From the NCBI GenBank assembly GCA_965223155.1, contig CBDCVR010000013.1, positions 1,120,001-1,184,000 on the forward strand: DNA of 64,000 bases, written 5' to 3'. The position numbers were made by a program, and so were the translations under genes. The first letter of the stretch is position 1, and every line of letters begins with the position of its first letter. This document shows positions 8,671 to 18,630 of the stretch, in pieces. The DNA comes from Candidatus Multivoradales bacterium. GTDB taxonomy: Bacteria > Acidobacteriota > Thermoanaerobaculia > Multivoradales > JAHEKO01. A model generated the notes under the pieces. The model saw only the letters and a list, made by a program, of their open reading frames with translations, had not been told where the DNA came from and did no database searches.

Positions 8671-9948
8671 CTAGAGATCGACCGGCTGCCGTTCCAAAGG
8701 CATGGTCATGCAGCGCGGCCCGCCGCGGGCGCGCGAGAGCTCGTCGCCCTCGATGGTGATCACCGTCGGGCCGGCGCCCAAGACCTCGGCCTCACCCGAG
8801 ATGACGTCGCGCTCGTGGACCACCCGCCAGCCACGGCTCGCCAGCTCCACCACGGTGCGGCGATTGCGCCGGTAGAGAATGATGACTCCGGGCGCGACCG
8901 CGAAGGCATTGGCCCCGTCGGTCCACTGTTCCCGTTCCTGGAACAGCACGTCCTCGCCACCGCCGCACGGGATCACATCGAGCTCGATGCCCAGATCCCG
9001 AAGCACGTCGAGCAAGGACGGCCGCAGGACGAAGGACAGGTGCTCGGCTTCGAGATCCACGTAGAAGGCCTGGGCCGACAACCGGTGGCCTTTCTCGATC
9101 ACCGGCAGGTACGCCAGGCAGACGCCGTGATCGATGAAGGTGAACACCGTGTCCAGGTGCATGTAGGACCGTTGCGAGGGCAGATCGACGACGATCAAGT
9201 GCCGGAAGCCCGTCTCCTCCAACCGCAAGTACTCGGCCAGGCGTTCCACCGCCCGCCGGTTGGTACGTTCGCTCACCCCGACCAGCAAGGTCTCGCGGTT
9301 GGCCACGAGCACGTCGCCACCCTCGAGCGTCGGCGGGTCGCCGCCGCTCGGGAAGCCCCGGCCGTCGAGATCTCGGTCCACCGAGAACAGGTCCTCGGCG
9401 CCGGCAAGCGCTGGGTGGTGCCGAAAGATAGCCCGCGCCAGCAGCGCCTCGCGCCTGCGCGCCGCGGTCGCCATCGCCGAGACGATGACCCGCCGGCCGA
9501 TGACCGACTGCGGGTCCCGCTGGAAGAAATAGTTGGGAACGGGATCCAGACGGAAAAGGCGGCCGTCGGAGCTCTCGTAGCCTTCGGGCGCTCGGATCCC
9601 GGAGATCAACGCGCGGGCGAGAGCCTCGCCGTCCAGGTCCGCAAACCCGGCCCGCCCCTGAACCGGCAGCTCGTCGTGGCGCTCCAGGTCGTCGAAGAGC
9701 TCGGTCCTGGCGTCGTCGGCGTTCAGAACCTCGGCCAGCAGCGACTCGGCCTCCAGGATCTCGGCACCGGCGGCCTGGAGCACCGCGCAGAAACCGTCGT
9801 GCTCGGCCCGCGCCTCCTTGGCGTACAGAATGTCGTCGAAGAGCAGCTGCTCCATCATCCGCGGCACCATCCAGTCGATCTCCACGTCTGGCCGGTGCAC
9901 CAGCACGCGCCGCAGCTTGCCGATCTCGGAATCCACGTGGATGGTCAT
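8671..9948 (-). CDS. arcA: Arginine deiminase
   Basis: VDSEIGKLRRVLVHRP, LLFDDI, PNYFFQRD, LEGGD, MHLDTVFT, ELSRARGGPRCMTMP; ATG 9948 with AGGAG SD. Confidence 0.95.
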   Translation of the reverse strand: MTIHVDSEIGKLRRVLVHRPDVEIDWMVPRMMEQLLFDDILYAKEARAEHDGFCAVLQAAGAEILEAESLLAEVLNADDARTELFDDLERHDELPVQGRAGFADLDGEALARALISGIRAPEGYESSDGRLFRLDPVPNYFFQRDPQSVIGRRVIVSAMATAARRREALLARAIFRHHPALAGAEDLFSVDRDLDGRGFPSGGDPPTLEGGDVLVANRETLLVGVSERTNRRAVERLAEYLRLEETGFRHLIVVDLPSQRSYMHLDTVFTFIDHGVCLAYLPVIEKGHRLSAQAFYVDLEAEHLSFVLRPSLLDVLRDLGIELDVIPCGGGEDVLFQEREQWTDGANAFAVAPGVIILYRRNRRTVVELASRGWRVVHERDVISGEAEVLGAGPTVITIEGDELSRARGGPRCMTMPLERQPVDL

Positions 9949-10076
9949 GAGGTCTCCTGTTCGGACTCGCGTTCGGTCCGGCCGCTGGATTCTACGCAAG
10001 CGCATGCCCGAAGGCGAGGCCAATGGCGGCGGTCCCCAGTCGCCCGGACGATCGTCGTGTCCGATGCCGTCCTCAC

Positions 10077-10676
10077 CTAAGGCGACGGTGCCAGCCGGCG
10101 GGCGAAGCGCAGCCTGGCCAGCCAGTAGGAGCTCGCCCCGAGCTCGGTCTCGATGACTCCGCGCGAGGAGGAGGCGTGAATCATCCGCAGCGGTTCGCCG
10201 GACCCGGACGAAACGACGCCGACGTGGTGGAGCTTCTCTCGATCGCCGCCAAAGAACAGCAGATCGCCGGGCTGGAGCTCGTCCAGGGCCACCCACCGTC
10301 CCTGGGTCGACTGGGCCTGAGCGGTGCGCGCAGTCCGGATCGCCACCCTGCCGTACACGTGCCGCACCAGCCCGGAGCAATCGAAGCCCGCATCCGAGTC
10401 CCCGCCGAACCGGTAGGGCGTGCCCATCAAGGAGCGGGCTGCGGCCACGACTCGTTCGCCAAGGGTCGCGGACCGCACCGTTCCCGTTCGTGGATCGCGC
10501 GTCCCGGTCGGAGGCGGTGGGGTCCTCACGCGCACCCGGGCCGGCGCCCGGCGCTCGAGCGTTTCCGGATTCGTCGCCCCAGGCGGTGCCGGTCGAGGCG
10601 TCGAGCCGCAACCCGTAAGGACCGAGCCGGCCAGAGCCACGACCAAGGCGGCGCCCTTCGCGCGCCGTCGGCGCAT
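10077..10676 (-). CDS. NlpC/P60 family lipoprotein peptidase
   Basis: Lipobox LTGC, GTPYRFGG, FDCSG, LQPGDLLFF, HHVG, MIHAS. Confidence 0.9.
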   Translation of the reverse strand: MRRRRAKGAALVVALAGSVLTGCGSTPRPAPPGATNPETLERRAPARVRVRTPPPPTGTRDPRTGTVRSATLGERVVAAARSLMGTPYRFGGDSDAGFDCSGLVRHVYGRVAIRTARTAQAQSTQGRWVALDELQPGDLLFFGGDREKLHHVGVVSSGSGEPLRMIHASSSRGVIETELGASSYWLARLRFARRLAPSP

Positions 10677-10824
10677 GCTCCAGAACCCGCCTTCGCGTCG
10701 CGACCCGCGCATTGCACCCTGGATCCTACCCGGGCACTGCCGACGGTCCCGGACCAACGCCCCCGATCCGCGCCGGGTCGAGCCTCGGGACGACCACACG
10801 GGACTGCTAGACTCCGAGGCGGTC

Positions 10825-12267
10825 ATGCCCGACTCGAGCCCGGCCGCGCAGTCCCCTCTTCACGACCGCTACGCCTCGCGCGAGATGGCGGCGATCTTCT
10901 CGCGCGACCATCGCTACCGGCAGTGGCGGCGTCTCTGGATTGCCCTGGCCGAAGCCCAGCGCGAGCTCGGCCTGCCGATCACCGAGTCTCAGCTGGCCGC
11001 CCTCGAGGCCTGCCGCGATGGCATCGACTTCGAGCGTGTGGCCGAGATCGAGGCGGAAACGCGGCACGACGTGGTCGCCCACCTGCGGCACTTCGCCGAG
11101 CTGGCCGACGCCGAACACCCGGGAGCCGGCGGCGTTCTGCACCTGGGGGCCACCAGTGCCTTCTTGACCGACAACACCGACGTGCTCCTGACCCGCGAAG
11201 CCCTGGCCCTGGTACGCGAGCGATCGCTGGGCGCGGTCTCGGCACTGTGCGATTTCGCCGAACGAACCCGATCGATACCGACCCTGGGGTACACCCACCT
11301 CCAGCCGGCGCAGCTCACCACGGTGGGCAAGCGCGCCTGCCTTTGGCTGCAGGATCTGGTGGATGATCTCGACGAGATCGACCGGCAGCTCAACGGTTTA
11401 CGCTGCCGTGGAGCCAAGGGCACCACCGGCACTCAGGCCTCGTATCTCGAGCTCTTCGCCGGCGACCACGACAAGGTCCGCTCCCTGGACCGCAAGGTCG
11501 CCTCCAAGCTGGGCTTCGAGTCCAGCTGGCCGGTCACCGGCCAGACCTATCCGCGCAAGCAGGACAGTCGCATCCTGGCGGTCTTGGCCGGCGTCGCCGA
11601 GACCCTGCATAAGCTGGGCACCGACGTTCGCTTGCTGCAGGGTCTGGGGGTGGTGTCGGAGCCCTTCGGCTCGAGCCAGGTGGGCTCCTCGGCGATGGCC
11701 TACAAGCGCAATCCCATCCGCTCCGAGCGGATGTGCGCGCTGGCCCGCCGCCTCCTCACGGATAGCTGGAACGGACCGCTGACCGGCGCGACCCAATGGC
11801 TGGAGCGCAGCCTGGACGATTCGGCCAACCGGCGGCTGGTCTTGCCGGACGCCTTCCTGACGGCCGACGCCATCCTGATCTTGGCGGGAAACGTCGCCGG
11901 CGGCCTCGAGGTCAAGGAGACCGCCACCGCCACCCTCGTCCGGCGTGAGCTGCCCTTCATGGCCACCGAGAACCTGCTGATGCGAGCCGCGGTCGGTGGC
12001 GGCGACCGGCAGCGGCTCCACGAGCTTATCCGGGCGCATTCGATGGCGGCCCATCGCGCCATCGAGGGCGGTCTCGAAAACCCCCTTGCCGAGCTCCTGG
12101 CGGCCGATCCGGAATTCCCGCTCCAGGAGGCCGAGATCGCCGAGGTCCTGGACGCCTCCGGCTTCATTGGCCGAGCTCCGGAACAGGTCGAGGAGTACGT
12201 GGCTTCGGTGCGAAGCCGCCTGCCCGAGCCTTCGAGCCGCACGGTCGCCCGGGAGCTTCGAGTCTGA
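10825..12267 (+). CDS. purB: Adenylosuccinate lyase
   Basis: RHDVVAH, HLGATS, GYTHLQPAQLTT, GSSAMAYKRNP, ERSLDDSANRR. Confidence 0.96.
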   Translation: MPDSSPAAQSPLHDRYASREMAAIFSRDHRYRQWRRLWIALAEAQRELGLPITESQLAALEACRDGIDFERVAEIEAETRHDVVAHLRHFAELADAEHPGAGGVLHLGATSAFLTDNTDVLLTREALALVRERSLGAVSALCDFAERTRSIPTLGYTHLQPAQLTTVGKRACLWLQDLVDDLDEIDRQLNGLRCRGAKGTTGTQASYLELFAGDHDKVRSLDRKVASKLGFESSWPVTGQTYPRKQDSRILAVLAGVAETLHKLGTDVRLLQGLGVVSEPFGSSQVGSSAMAYKRNPIRSERMCALARRLLTDSWNGPLTGATQWLERSLDDSANRRLVLPDAFLTADAILILAGNVAGGLEVKETATATLVRRELPFMATENLLMRAAVGGGDRQRLHELIRAHSMAAHRAIEGGLENPLAELLAADPEFPLQEAEIAEVLDASGFIGRAPEQVEEYVASVRSRLPEPSSRTVARELRV

Positions 12268-12965
12268 CGACCCGCCGCGCCGCCGCGCTCGCCGCCTGCG
12301 CGATCCTAGCGCTGGCCGCCTTCGGGTGCTCGACGTCCCGCTACGCCAAGGAAGGCCGGCCCGGGTTTCGGCAGAGCGGCGTCGCTTCCTGGTACGGCCC
12401 CGGGTTTCACGGCCGCCGCACCGCCAACGGCGAGGTCTACGACATGGAGGCCCTGACAGCGGCCCACAAACACCTGCCCTTCGACAGCCTGGTCGAGGTC
12501 CGCAATCACGACACCGGACGCAGGGTTCGCGTCCGCATCAACGACCGGGGTCCTTTCGTGGGCAGGCGCATCATCGACCTGTCCCGGGCAGCGGCCCGCG
12601 AGATCGACATGATCGGCCCAGGTACCGCGCGGGTCACGATTAAAGTCTTGGGCCGGAGCCGCCGGAATCCCACGACCTCCGAGACTGCCTCCGACGGAGC
12701 CTCCGGGAGCCCCTCCGCCGGCTCGGCGGCGGTACCGGCAACGTACCTGGTGCAAACCGGCTCGTTTCGCTCCCGCGCCCAGGCCGAGGTGCATCTAGAG
12801 CGCGTCGGCAAGGTCGTGCCCGCCGCCCGCGTCGAGCGCTCGGACCCGTGGCACAGGGTGGTCACCGGACCGCTACCCCGCGAGCGGGCCGATGCGACAG
12901 CCGACTCCTTGCGCCAAGCGGGTTTCGAAGCCTTGCTTCTGAGCGTCGATCCCGGCCGTTCCTGA
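12264..12965 (+). CDS. rlpA: Septal lytic transglycosylase RlpA (DPBB + SPOR) lipoprotein; probable CTG start
   Basis: In-frame signal peptide ...ALAAFGC, GVASWYGPGFHGRRTANGE, TAAHKHLPF, INDRGPF, RIIDLS, C-terminal SPOR (YLVQTGSF). Confidence 0.92.
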   Translation: MTTRRAAALAACAILALAAFGCSTSRYAKEGRPGFRQSGVASWYGPGFHGRRTANGEVYDMEALTAAHKHLPFDSLVEVRNHDTGRRVRVRINDRGPFVGRRIIDLSRAAAREIDMIGPGTARVTIKVLGRSRRNPTTSETASDGASGSPSAGSAAVPATYLVQTGSFRSRAQAEVHLERVGKVVPAARVERSDPWHRVVTGPLPRERADATADSLRQAGFEALLLSVDPGRS

Positions 12966-12994
12966 CCGGAACCTCGACTCGACGAATCAGAGGG

Positions 12995-14065
12995 CTAGCC
13001 TCCCACCGTCGCCAGGAAGTCCTTGATGCGGCGGTCGATCTCCGAGCGGTCCCGATGGCGCGCCAGGGCCTCGTCCAATTGCCGCGCCACCAGATCGGGC
13101 AGCTCGAGGCCACCAGCCTGCCACAGCTTGGGGTACATCGAGATCGAGGTGAAGCCGGGCAGGGTATTGATCTCGTTGACCCGGGCGATGCCGTCCTCGA
13201 GAAAGAAGTCCACGCGCGCCATCCCGGTGCCACCGACGGCGGCGAAGGAACGCACCGCCAGGCTCCGGATCAGGGCCGCGTCCTCGTCCGCCAGGCGCGC
13301 GGGCACCGACAAGACCGCGCCGTCCTCCAGATACTTGTCGGCGTAGTCGTAGAAATCGTGGCCGGGCTCGATCTCGCCCACCGCCGAGGCCTCGAGCTCC
13401 GGGTACCCCAAGACCGAGCACTCCAGCTCGCGGCCGCCGGCCTGGCGCTCTATCAATACCTTGTCGTCCAGGCCCAGGGCCAGATCGAGAGCGGCCTCGA
13501 CGCCGCCGTCGTCGGCCAGCCGGCTGACGCCGACGCTCGAGCCACCGACAGCCGGCTTGATGAAGAGCGGAAATCCGAAGCGGCGCACCCGGTCGATCGA
13601 TTCGCTGCGGTCGTTGCGGACCTCGAGCCGGGTGACCACCTCGTACTCGACGACCGGAATACCCACCGCCTCCAGAAGGCGCTTGGTCAGAAGCTTGTCC
13701 ATGGCCACGCCGCTGGCCGTGACGCCGGCCCCGACGTAGGGCAGATCAGCCATCTCGCACAAGCCCTGGAGCGACCCGTCCTCGCCCCAGGTACCGTGGA
13801 CGACCGGGAAGACCACGTCCGCTCCGCAGTCCAGGAGCGCATCCAGGGTCGGCGCGATCGGCGCGCCGACAGGTGCCAAGGAATCCACCTCGCCGGCCAG
13901 GGCTCGAGCCGCGGCCTCGCCCGCGACCCAGCAACCATCCTCGGCAATGGCCAGCGGGATGGTTTCGTGGCCGCACTCGGCCAGGGCCGCCGCCACCGTG
14001 CGCGCCGAGCGCACCGAGACCTTGTGCTCGACGCTCCGCCCGCCAAAAACCAGCGTGACTCTCAT
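12995..14065 (-). CDS. ddl: D-alanine--D-alanine ligase
   Basis: FGGRSVEHKVS, HGTWGEDG, MDK, GSSVGV, FYDYADKY, NEINTLPGFT. Confidence 0.96.
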   Translation of the reverse strand: MRVTLVFGGRSVEHKVSVRSARTVAAALAECGHETIPLAIAEDGCWVAGEAAARALAGEVDSLAPVGAPIAPTLDALLDCGADVVFPVVHGTWGEDGSLQGLCEMADLPYVGAGVTASGVAMDKLLTKRLLEAVGIPVVEYEVVTRLEVRNDRSESIDRVRRFGFPLFIKPAVGGSSVGVSRLADDGGVEAALDLALGLDDKVLIERQAGGRELECSVLGYPELEASAVGEIEPGHDFYDYADKYLEDGAVLSVPARLADEDAALIRSLAVRSFAAVGGTGMARVDFFLEDGIARVNEINTLPGFTSISMYPKLWQAGGLELPDLVARQLDEALARHRDRSEIDRRIKDFLATVGG

Positions 14066-15654
14066 CCCAGATCCACCAGAGTGGCGCTCTCGACCTCCGG
14101 CAGCGAGCGCACCGTGTCCAGGACGGTGCGCTCGGGCCGCTGATCCAGGCGAATCACCGCCGCCGCGTCCGCGCCGTCCGGCCGGCGAGCGAGATGGATG
14201 TCGGCGATGTTGACTCCAGCCTCACCCAGCGTCCGGCCCAGCTTGCCGACCACGCCCGGTACGTCCTGGTTGCGGAGAAACAGCAACCGTCCCTCGGGCC
14301 GGAACTCCAGCCGATAGTCGTCGTAGCGCACCACCCGCAGGTCGGCATCTCCAAACACCGTGCCGGCCAACTCGATACGGCGGCCGTCTCCCGAAATCGT
14401 GACACCGATGAGCTGGGGGTACTCGCCCAGCTGCTGGTGGGTCGCTCGGACGACCTCCACGCCGCGATCCTCCGCGATGCGCTCGGCGTTGACGAAATTG
14501 ACGGCTTCCCCCAGAAACGGGCTGAGCGCTCCCCGTACGGCGGCGATCGAGATCGGGATCCTGAGCTCGTCCGGCACCTCCCAAAGGTCCACCTGGACGC
14601 GCCCAAGGGGCGCCCCTAGCAGCTCGCCCGCCGCCCTGCCCATCTGCTCGGCCAGCCGCAGAAACGACTCGCCGCCCGGCCCGGCGGCCCGGAACGGCAG
14701 ATTGACGGCGGTCACCGACAGCGATCCGTCCAGAGCGGCGAGCAGCATGCGTGCCGTCTGGGTTGCGACCCGCTCTTGCGCTTCCCGGGTCTGGGCGCCA
14801 ATGTGCGGCGTCGTAATCACGCGCGGATGCTCGACCAGCCGGCGCACCTCGGGGTCGGGGGGATCGATGGGCGGCTCGGTGGCGTAGACGTCGAGCGCCG
14901 CGCCGGCGACGTGGCCGGACTCGAGCGCCGCCAGCAGAGCCGACTCGTCCACGATGCCGCCACGGGCACAATTGACGAGGGCGGCGCCCGGTTTCATCCT
15001 CTCGATTCGGTCGGCCGAGAGCAGACCCCGGGTCTCGTCGGTGAGCGGCATGTGGAGGGTGACGAAGTCGGCCTGCGCCAGCACCGCGTCCAGATCCTCG
15101 AGCTGGATGCCCAAGCGGCGCGCCACCGCTCGGTCCAGGTAGGGGTCGAACGCGGTCACCTCCATGCCGAAGGCGAGCGCCCGGTGGGCGACCGCCTGGC
15201 CGATCCGGCCCAGCCCGACAATGCCCAGCGTCTTGCCGTCCAGCTCGCTGCCCAGAAACCCCTTGCGGTCCCAGGCTCCGGATTTCATCGACGCGTCCGC
15301 GGCCGGGATGTTCCGCGCCAGGGCCAGCAGCAGACCGAAGGTGTGCTCGGTGGCCGAGATCAGGTTGGCGGTGGGAGCGTTGACGACCAAGATCCCAAGC
15401 TCGGTCGCGGTCGCGACGTCGACGTTGTCGACGCCGATGCCGGCCCGACCCACGACTTTCAGCCGGCGGCCACGACGCAGCAAGTCAGCGGTGACCTTGG
15501 TCCGGCTACGCACCACGATGGCGTCGAACTCCTCGATCAGCTCGGGGAGCCGCTCGCGCTCCGCGTCCGTCAGCTGGTGCACGTCGGCCCCGGCCTCGGT
15601 CAGGATCCCGACTCCGGCCGGGTCCAACGGATCGCAAAGAAGAATTCTCGCCAT
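14062..15654 (-). CDS. serA: D-3-phosphoglycerate dehydrogenase (with ASB/ACT domains)
   Basis: RAGIGVDNVD, GLGRIG, NCARGG, TPHIGAQT, DVPGVVGKLG...NIA. Confidence 0.95.
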   Translation of the reverse strand: MARILLCDPLDPAGVGILTEAGADVHQLTDAERERLPELIEEFDAIVVRSRTKVTADLLRRGRRLKVVGRAGIGVDNVDVATATELGILVVNAPTANLISATEHTFGLLLALARNIPAADASMKSGAWDRKGFLGSELDGKTLGIVGLGRIGQAVAHRALAFGMEVTAFDPYLDRAVARRLGIQLEDLDAVLAQADFVTLHMPLTDETRGLLSADRIERMKPGAALVNCARGGIVDESALLAALESGHVAGAALDVYATEPPIDPPDPEVRRLVEHPRVITTPHIGAQTREAQERVATQTARMLLAALDGSLSVTAVNLPFRAAGPGGESFLRLAEQMGRAAGELLGAPLGRVQVDLWEVPDELRIPISIAAVRGALSPFLGEAVNFVNAERIAEDRGVEVVRATHQQLGEYPQLIGVTISGDGRRIELAGTVFGDADLRVVRYDDYRLEFRPEGRLLFLRNQDVPGVVGKLGRTLGEAGVNIADIHLARRPDGADAAAVIRLDQRPERTVLDTVRSLPEVESATLVDLG

Positions 15655-15697
15655 GCTCAAGCTCGCTTCCAGCTCGCCGCTACCGCGAAGCCGGCCA

Positions 15698-16792
15698 TCA
15701 CGCTCCCGCCGCCTCGGTCAGCGCGGCCAGGAGCCGGTTCAGGTCCTCGATGCCTACGTCACCCATGTGCCCGATACGAAACGTGCCTTCCTGGAACCGG
15801 CCGTACCCGCGCGCGACCGTGAAGCCGGCCGCGCTGACGCGGGCCAGCCATTCGTCCAGATCCAGCTCCGGCGGCGGCACCAAACAACTCACCGTCGGTG
15901 AGGCCACCGCAGGGTCCGAAGCATACTCGAAGCCGGCCCCCCCGGCCCAGGCTCGAGTGGCCTCCAGCATCGTCCGATGCCGGCGCCAGCGCCGCTCCAG
16001 CCCCTCGTCCAGGATCCGGTCGAGCTGGTGGTCGAGGGCGTAGAGCTGTGGCAGGGCCGGAGTCGAGATCGGCCCGTCGTCCCGATGCTTGTCCCGGTAG
16101 CGCAGGACGTCCGTGTAGAAACCCCGAACCGGCTGGGCTTCGGCTCGCTTCTCGAAGCGTTCGGAGGCGCTGAACAGCGCCAGGCCCGGCGGCAGGGCCA
16201 GTGCCTTCTGCGAGGCGGTGACGGCCAGGTCGAGGCCCCAGGCCTCGGTCTCGACCGGCGCGCCCGCCAGTGACGAGACGCAGTCGACCAGGACGAGCGC
16301 GTCACTGCGCTCGCGCACCACCCGGGCCAGCTCGGCCACCGGGTTGAGGACCCCGGTGGAGGTTTCACAGTGCACCAGGGTCACCACCTCGGGCTGGGTT
16401 CGATCGACCGCCTTCGCCAGTCCCTCCGGATCCACCGCCCGGCCCCAGGGCACTTCGTACCGCTCCGGGGCCAGCCCACGCGAGCGCGCGATCGCCAGCC
16501 AGCGCTCGGAGAAGGCACCGTTGGTCACGCTCAGGAGCCGCTCCGGTCCCAGCGAAACCAGCGCCGCCTCCAGCACCAGGGTGGCGCTCGAGGTCGCCAC
16601 CAGCACCGGACGACCAGTTCGGAACACCCTCTGGAGGCGCTCGCCGGACGATCGCCAGAGCCCGCGGATCGCCGGCGACCGGTGGGGAGCGACCGGACGA
16701 ACCATGGCGGCGAGAACCTCCGGGGCCACCCAAGCCGGACCGGGCACGAAGTAGCGAGCCCGCGTCTCGGCGGTGTCCGTCCCCAGCGTCAC
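15698..16792 (-). CDS. Class V PLP aminotransferase (serine-glyoxylate/SerC-like)
   Basis: FVPGP, HCETSTG, DCVSS, ASQKALALPPG, FRIGHMG; GTGA overlap with upstream gene (alternative GTG at 16798); next to serA. Confidence 0.88.
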   Translation of the reverse strand: MTLGTDTAETRARYFVPGPAWVAPEVLAAMVRPVAPHRSPAIRGLWRSSGERLQRVFRTGRPVLVATSSATLVLEAALVSLGPERLLSVTNGAFSERWLAIARSRGLAPERYEVPWGRAVDPEGLAKAVDRTQPEVVTLVHCETSTGVLNPVAELARVVRERSDALVLVDCVSSLAGAPVETEAWGLDLAVTASQKALALPPGLALFSASERFEKRAEAQPVRGFYTDVLRYRDKHRDDGPISTPALPQLYALDHQLDRILDEGLERRWRRHRTMLEATRAWAGGAGFEYASDPAVASPTVSCLVPPPELDLDEWLARVSAAGFTVARGYGRFQEGTFRIGHMGDVGIEDLNRLLAALTEAAGA

Positions 16793-17997
16793 AGCCACCG
16801 CGCGCGCGCCGCCTGGGCATCCGCGTCGTCGCCGTAGAGGAGAAACGGCCGCCGGCGTTCCCGGAACTCGGCTACGTCGGCAGCGAAGCCGGCGAGCCAG
16901 GAATCCAGACCCGCGCCTTCCTCCAAGCTGCGGCGCAGAGCGTCGGATCCGGTCAGGAGATCGATCGCCGGTTGGTCGGTGACGAATTCGTACGGGGCCG
17001 CGCGCCAGGCGAAGTCGGTCGCCAGCTCGGCGAACGCCCGCAGGATCTCAATGCCGGCAACGTACGGCCGCAGAAGGTCGGGCTCGGTAACGAACCAGCG
17101 CACGCCGGCACACACACGGCCACGATGCTTCTGGAACTGGGGCCTGAAGTACACCGGCGCGAAGCGGGCGCCGGCCGCGGCCGTACGGTTGAGCCGCTCG
17201 GCGAGCGCGCGAGCGTCGGTCCCCGGCGAGCCCAAGAGCTCGAAGGGCCGGGTCGTGCCCCGTCCCTCCGAGAGCTCGGTCGCTTCCACCAGACAGGCAC
17301 CCGGATAGATCCAGGCCGTCGCCGGCGTCGGCATATTGGGCGAAGGCGCCACCCAGGGGCGGCCGAGCTCGGCCCAGGTTCGGTTTCGGTTCCAGCCCCC
17401 GATCCGCCACACGCCGAGCCCGGAGCGATCAGCCTCAGATCCGAGTCCGAAAGCCACCAGCTCCGCCAGCGTCAGACCGTGCCGAACCGGCGTCTCGAAA
17501 GCGCCGACGAAGGAGTCCAGGCCCGGGCCGCGCAGATTCCCTTCGATCGCCTCGCCGCCCAGGGGATTCGGCCGGTCCAAGACCCATACCTCGACGCCCC
17601 GGCCGAGCGCCACCTCCGCCGCCCACACGGCGGTCGCCGCGTACGTGTAGTACCGGCTGCCGACGTCCTGGAGATCGATCAGTAGGAGATCCAGATCCGC
17701 GAAGGCTTCGGGGTCCGGCCGGAGCGACTCGACCGAGCTGCCGTAGAGCGAGCGGATGCGCGCTCCCGTCCACGAGTCGGTACCGTCGGCGGCGGCGACC
17801 ATGTCCTGTTCGACGCCGTAGAAGCCGTGCTCGGGGCCAAAGAGCGCCCCAGGCGCTTGCCCGGAGGCCGCGGTCAATGCCAGGTGGATCGGCACCAGCT
17901 CGGCCGTCACCGAGGCGGCGTGGCCCAAGACGCCGTAGCGCCGGCCCGCCAAGCGGCCGGCATCCTCAAGCAACCGGTCGAGGCCGGTGGCGATCAT
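16789..17997 (-). CDS. namZ: Exo-beta-N-acetylmuramidase NamZ/DUF1343 family
   Basis: FGPEHG, SLYG, DLQDVGSRYYTY, LDRPNP, RHGLT, PSPNMP, SEGRGTTRPFE. Confidence 0.9.
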   Translation of the reverse strand: MIATGLDRLLEDAGRLAGRRYGVLGHAASVTAELVPIHLALTAASGQAPGALFGPEHGFYGVEQDMVAAADGTDSWTGARIRSLYGSSVESLRPDPEAFADLDLLLIDLQDVGSRYYTYAATAVWAAEVALGRGVEVWVLDRPNPLGGEAIEGNLRGPGLDSFVGAFETPVRHGLTLAELVAFGLGSEADRSGLGVWRIGGWNRNRTWAELGRPWVAPSPNMPTPATAWIYPGACLVEATELSEGRGTTRPFELLGSPGTDARALAERLNRTAAAGARFAPVYFRPQFQKHRGRVCAGVRWFVTEPDLLRPYVAGIEILRAFAELATDFAWRAAPYEFVTDQPAIDLLTGSDALRRSLEEGAGLDSWLAGFAADVAEFRERRRPFLLYGDDADAQAARARWL

Positions 17998-18485
17998 GAC
18001 TCGCCGGCTTGGGCGCGCCGGTACGAGCCCGAGGCCCCGCCCCGTTTCGACTCCAACCGAAGGTCGGTCACCACCGCCTCCCGGTCCACCGCCTTGATCA
18101 TGTCGTAGATGGCGAGAGCGGCCGCGGCGCAAGCGGTGAGCGCCTCCATCTCGGCTCCAGTGCGCGCCGTGACCACGACCGTGCTGCGAATGTCGAGTGC
18201 GCCACCAGCGTCCGGCGTAAAGCGAACCGCAACGTCCTCGGGAGCCAGGAGATGAGCCAGGGGAATCCACTCGCCGGTGCGCTTGGCCGCCTGGATGCCC
18301 GCGATGCGCGCGACCGCAAGAGCGTCACCCTTGGGCAGCTCGGTCAGACGCGTCACGGTCTCGGGCCGCATCAGGACGCGGCAGGAAGCCTCCGCAAGGC
18401 GGCGGGTCACGGGCTTGCCCGAAACGTCGACCATCGAGGCCTGTCCTTGAGCGTCGAGATGGCTGAGGGGCTTGTCCTGCGGCAT
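17994..18485 (-). CDS. moaC: Cyclic pyranopterin monophosphate synthase
   Basis: LSHLD...[43 protein letters not shown]. Confidence 0.94.
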   Translation of the reverse strand: MPQDKPLSHLDAQGQASMVDVSGKPVTRRLAEASCRVLMRPETVTRLTELPKGDALAVARIAGIQAAKRTGEWIPLAHLLAPEDVAVRFTPDAGGALDIRSTVVVTARTGAEMEALTACAAAALAIYDMIKAVDREAVVTDLRLESKRGGASGSYRRAQAGES

Positions 18486-18573
18486 CGGTGGACGGCTATC
18501 CGGGTTCTCGATTCGGGCCCGAGCGAGCCGGAGCCGAGAACCCGCATCGTAGCACCGGCTCGCTTCCCGGATA

Positions 18574-18603
18574 CCGGACCGGACCGGATCGGATCAGATC
18601 GGA
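18574..18603. repeat. Six tandem degenerate pentamers (YCRGA)
   Basis: CCGGA CCGGA CCGGA TCGGA TCAGA TCGGA in the divergent moaC/glycosyltransferase intergenic region. Confidence 0.75.
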
Positions 18604-18630
18604 GAGGGCGGCACTGGTAGCATCGCCGCC

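Noticed and set aside
8671-10611. 646-aa ORF suggesting an N-terminally extended ArcA
   Set aside because: The extension is an off-frame read of the NlpC/P60 gene; ArcA homology and the SD begin at 9948
16789-18270. 493-aa ORF suggesting a MoaC-NamZ fusion
   Set aside because: The extra N-terminus is an alternate frame of moaC; namZ starts at the ATGA overlap (17997)
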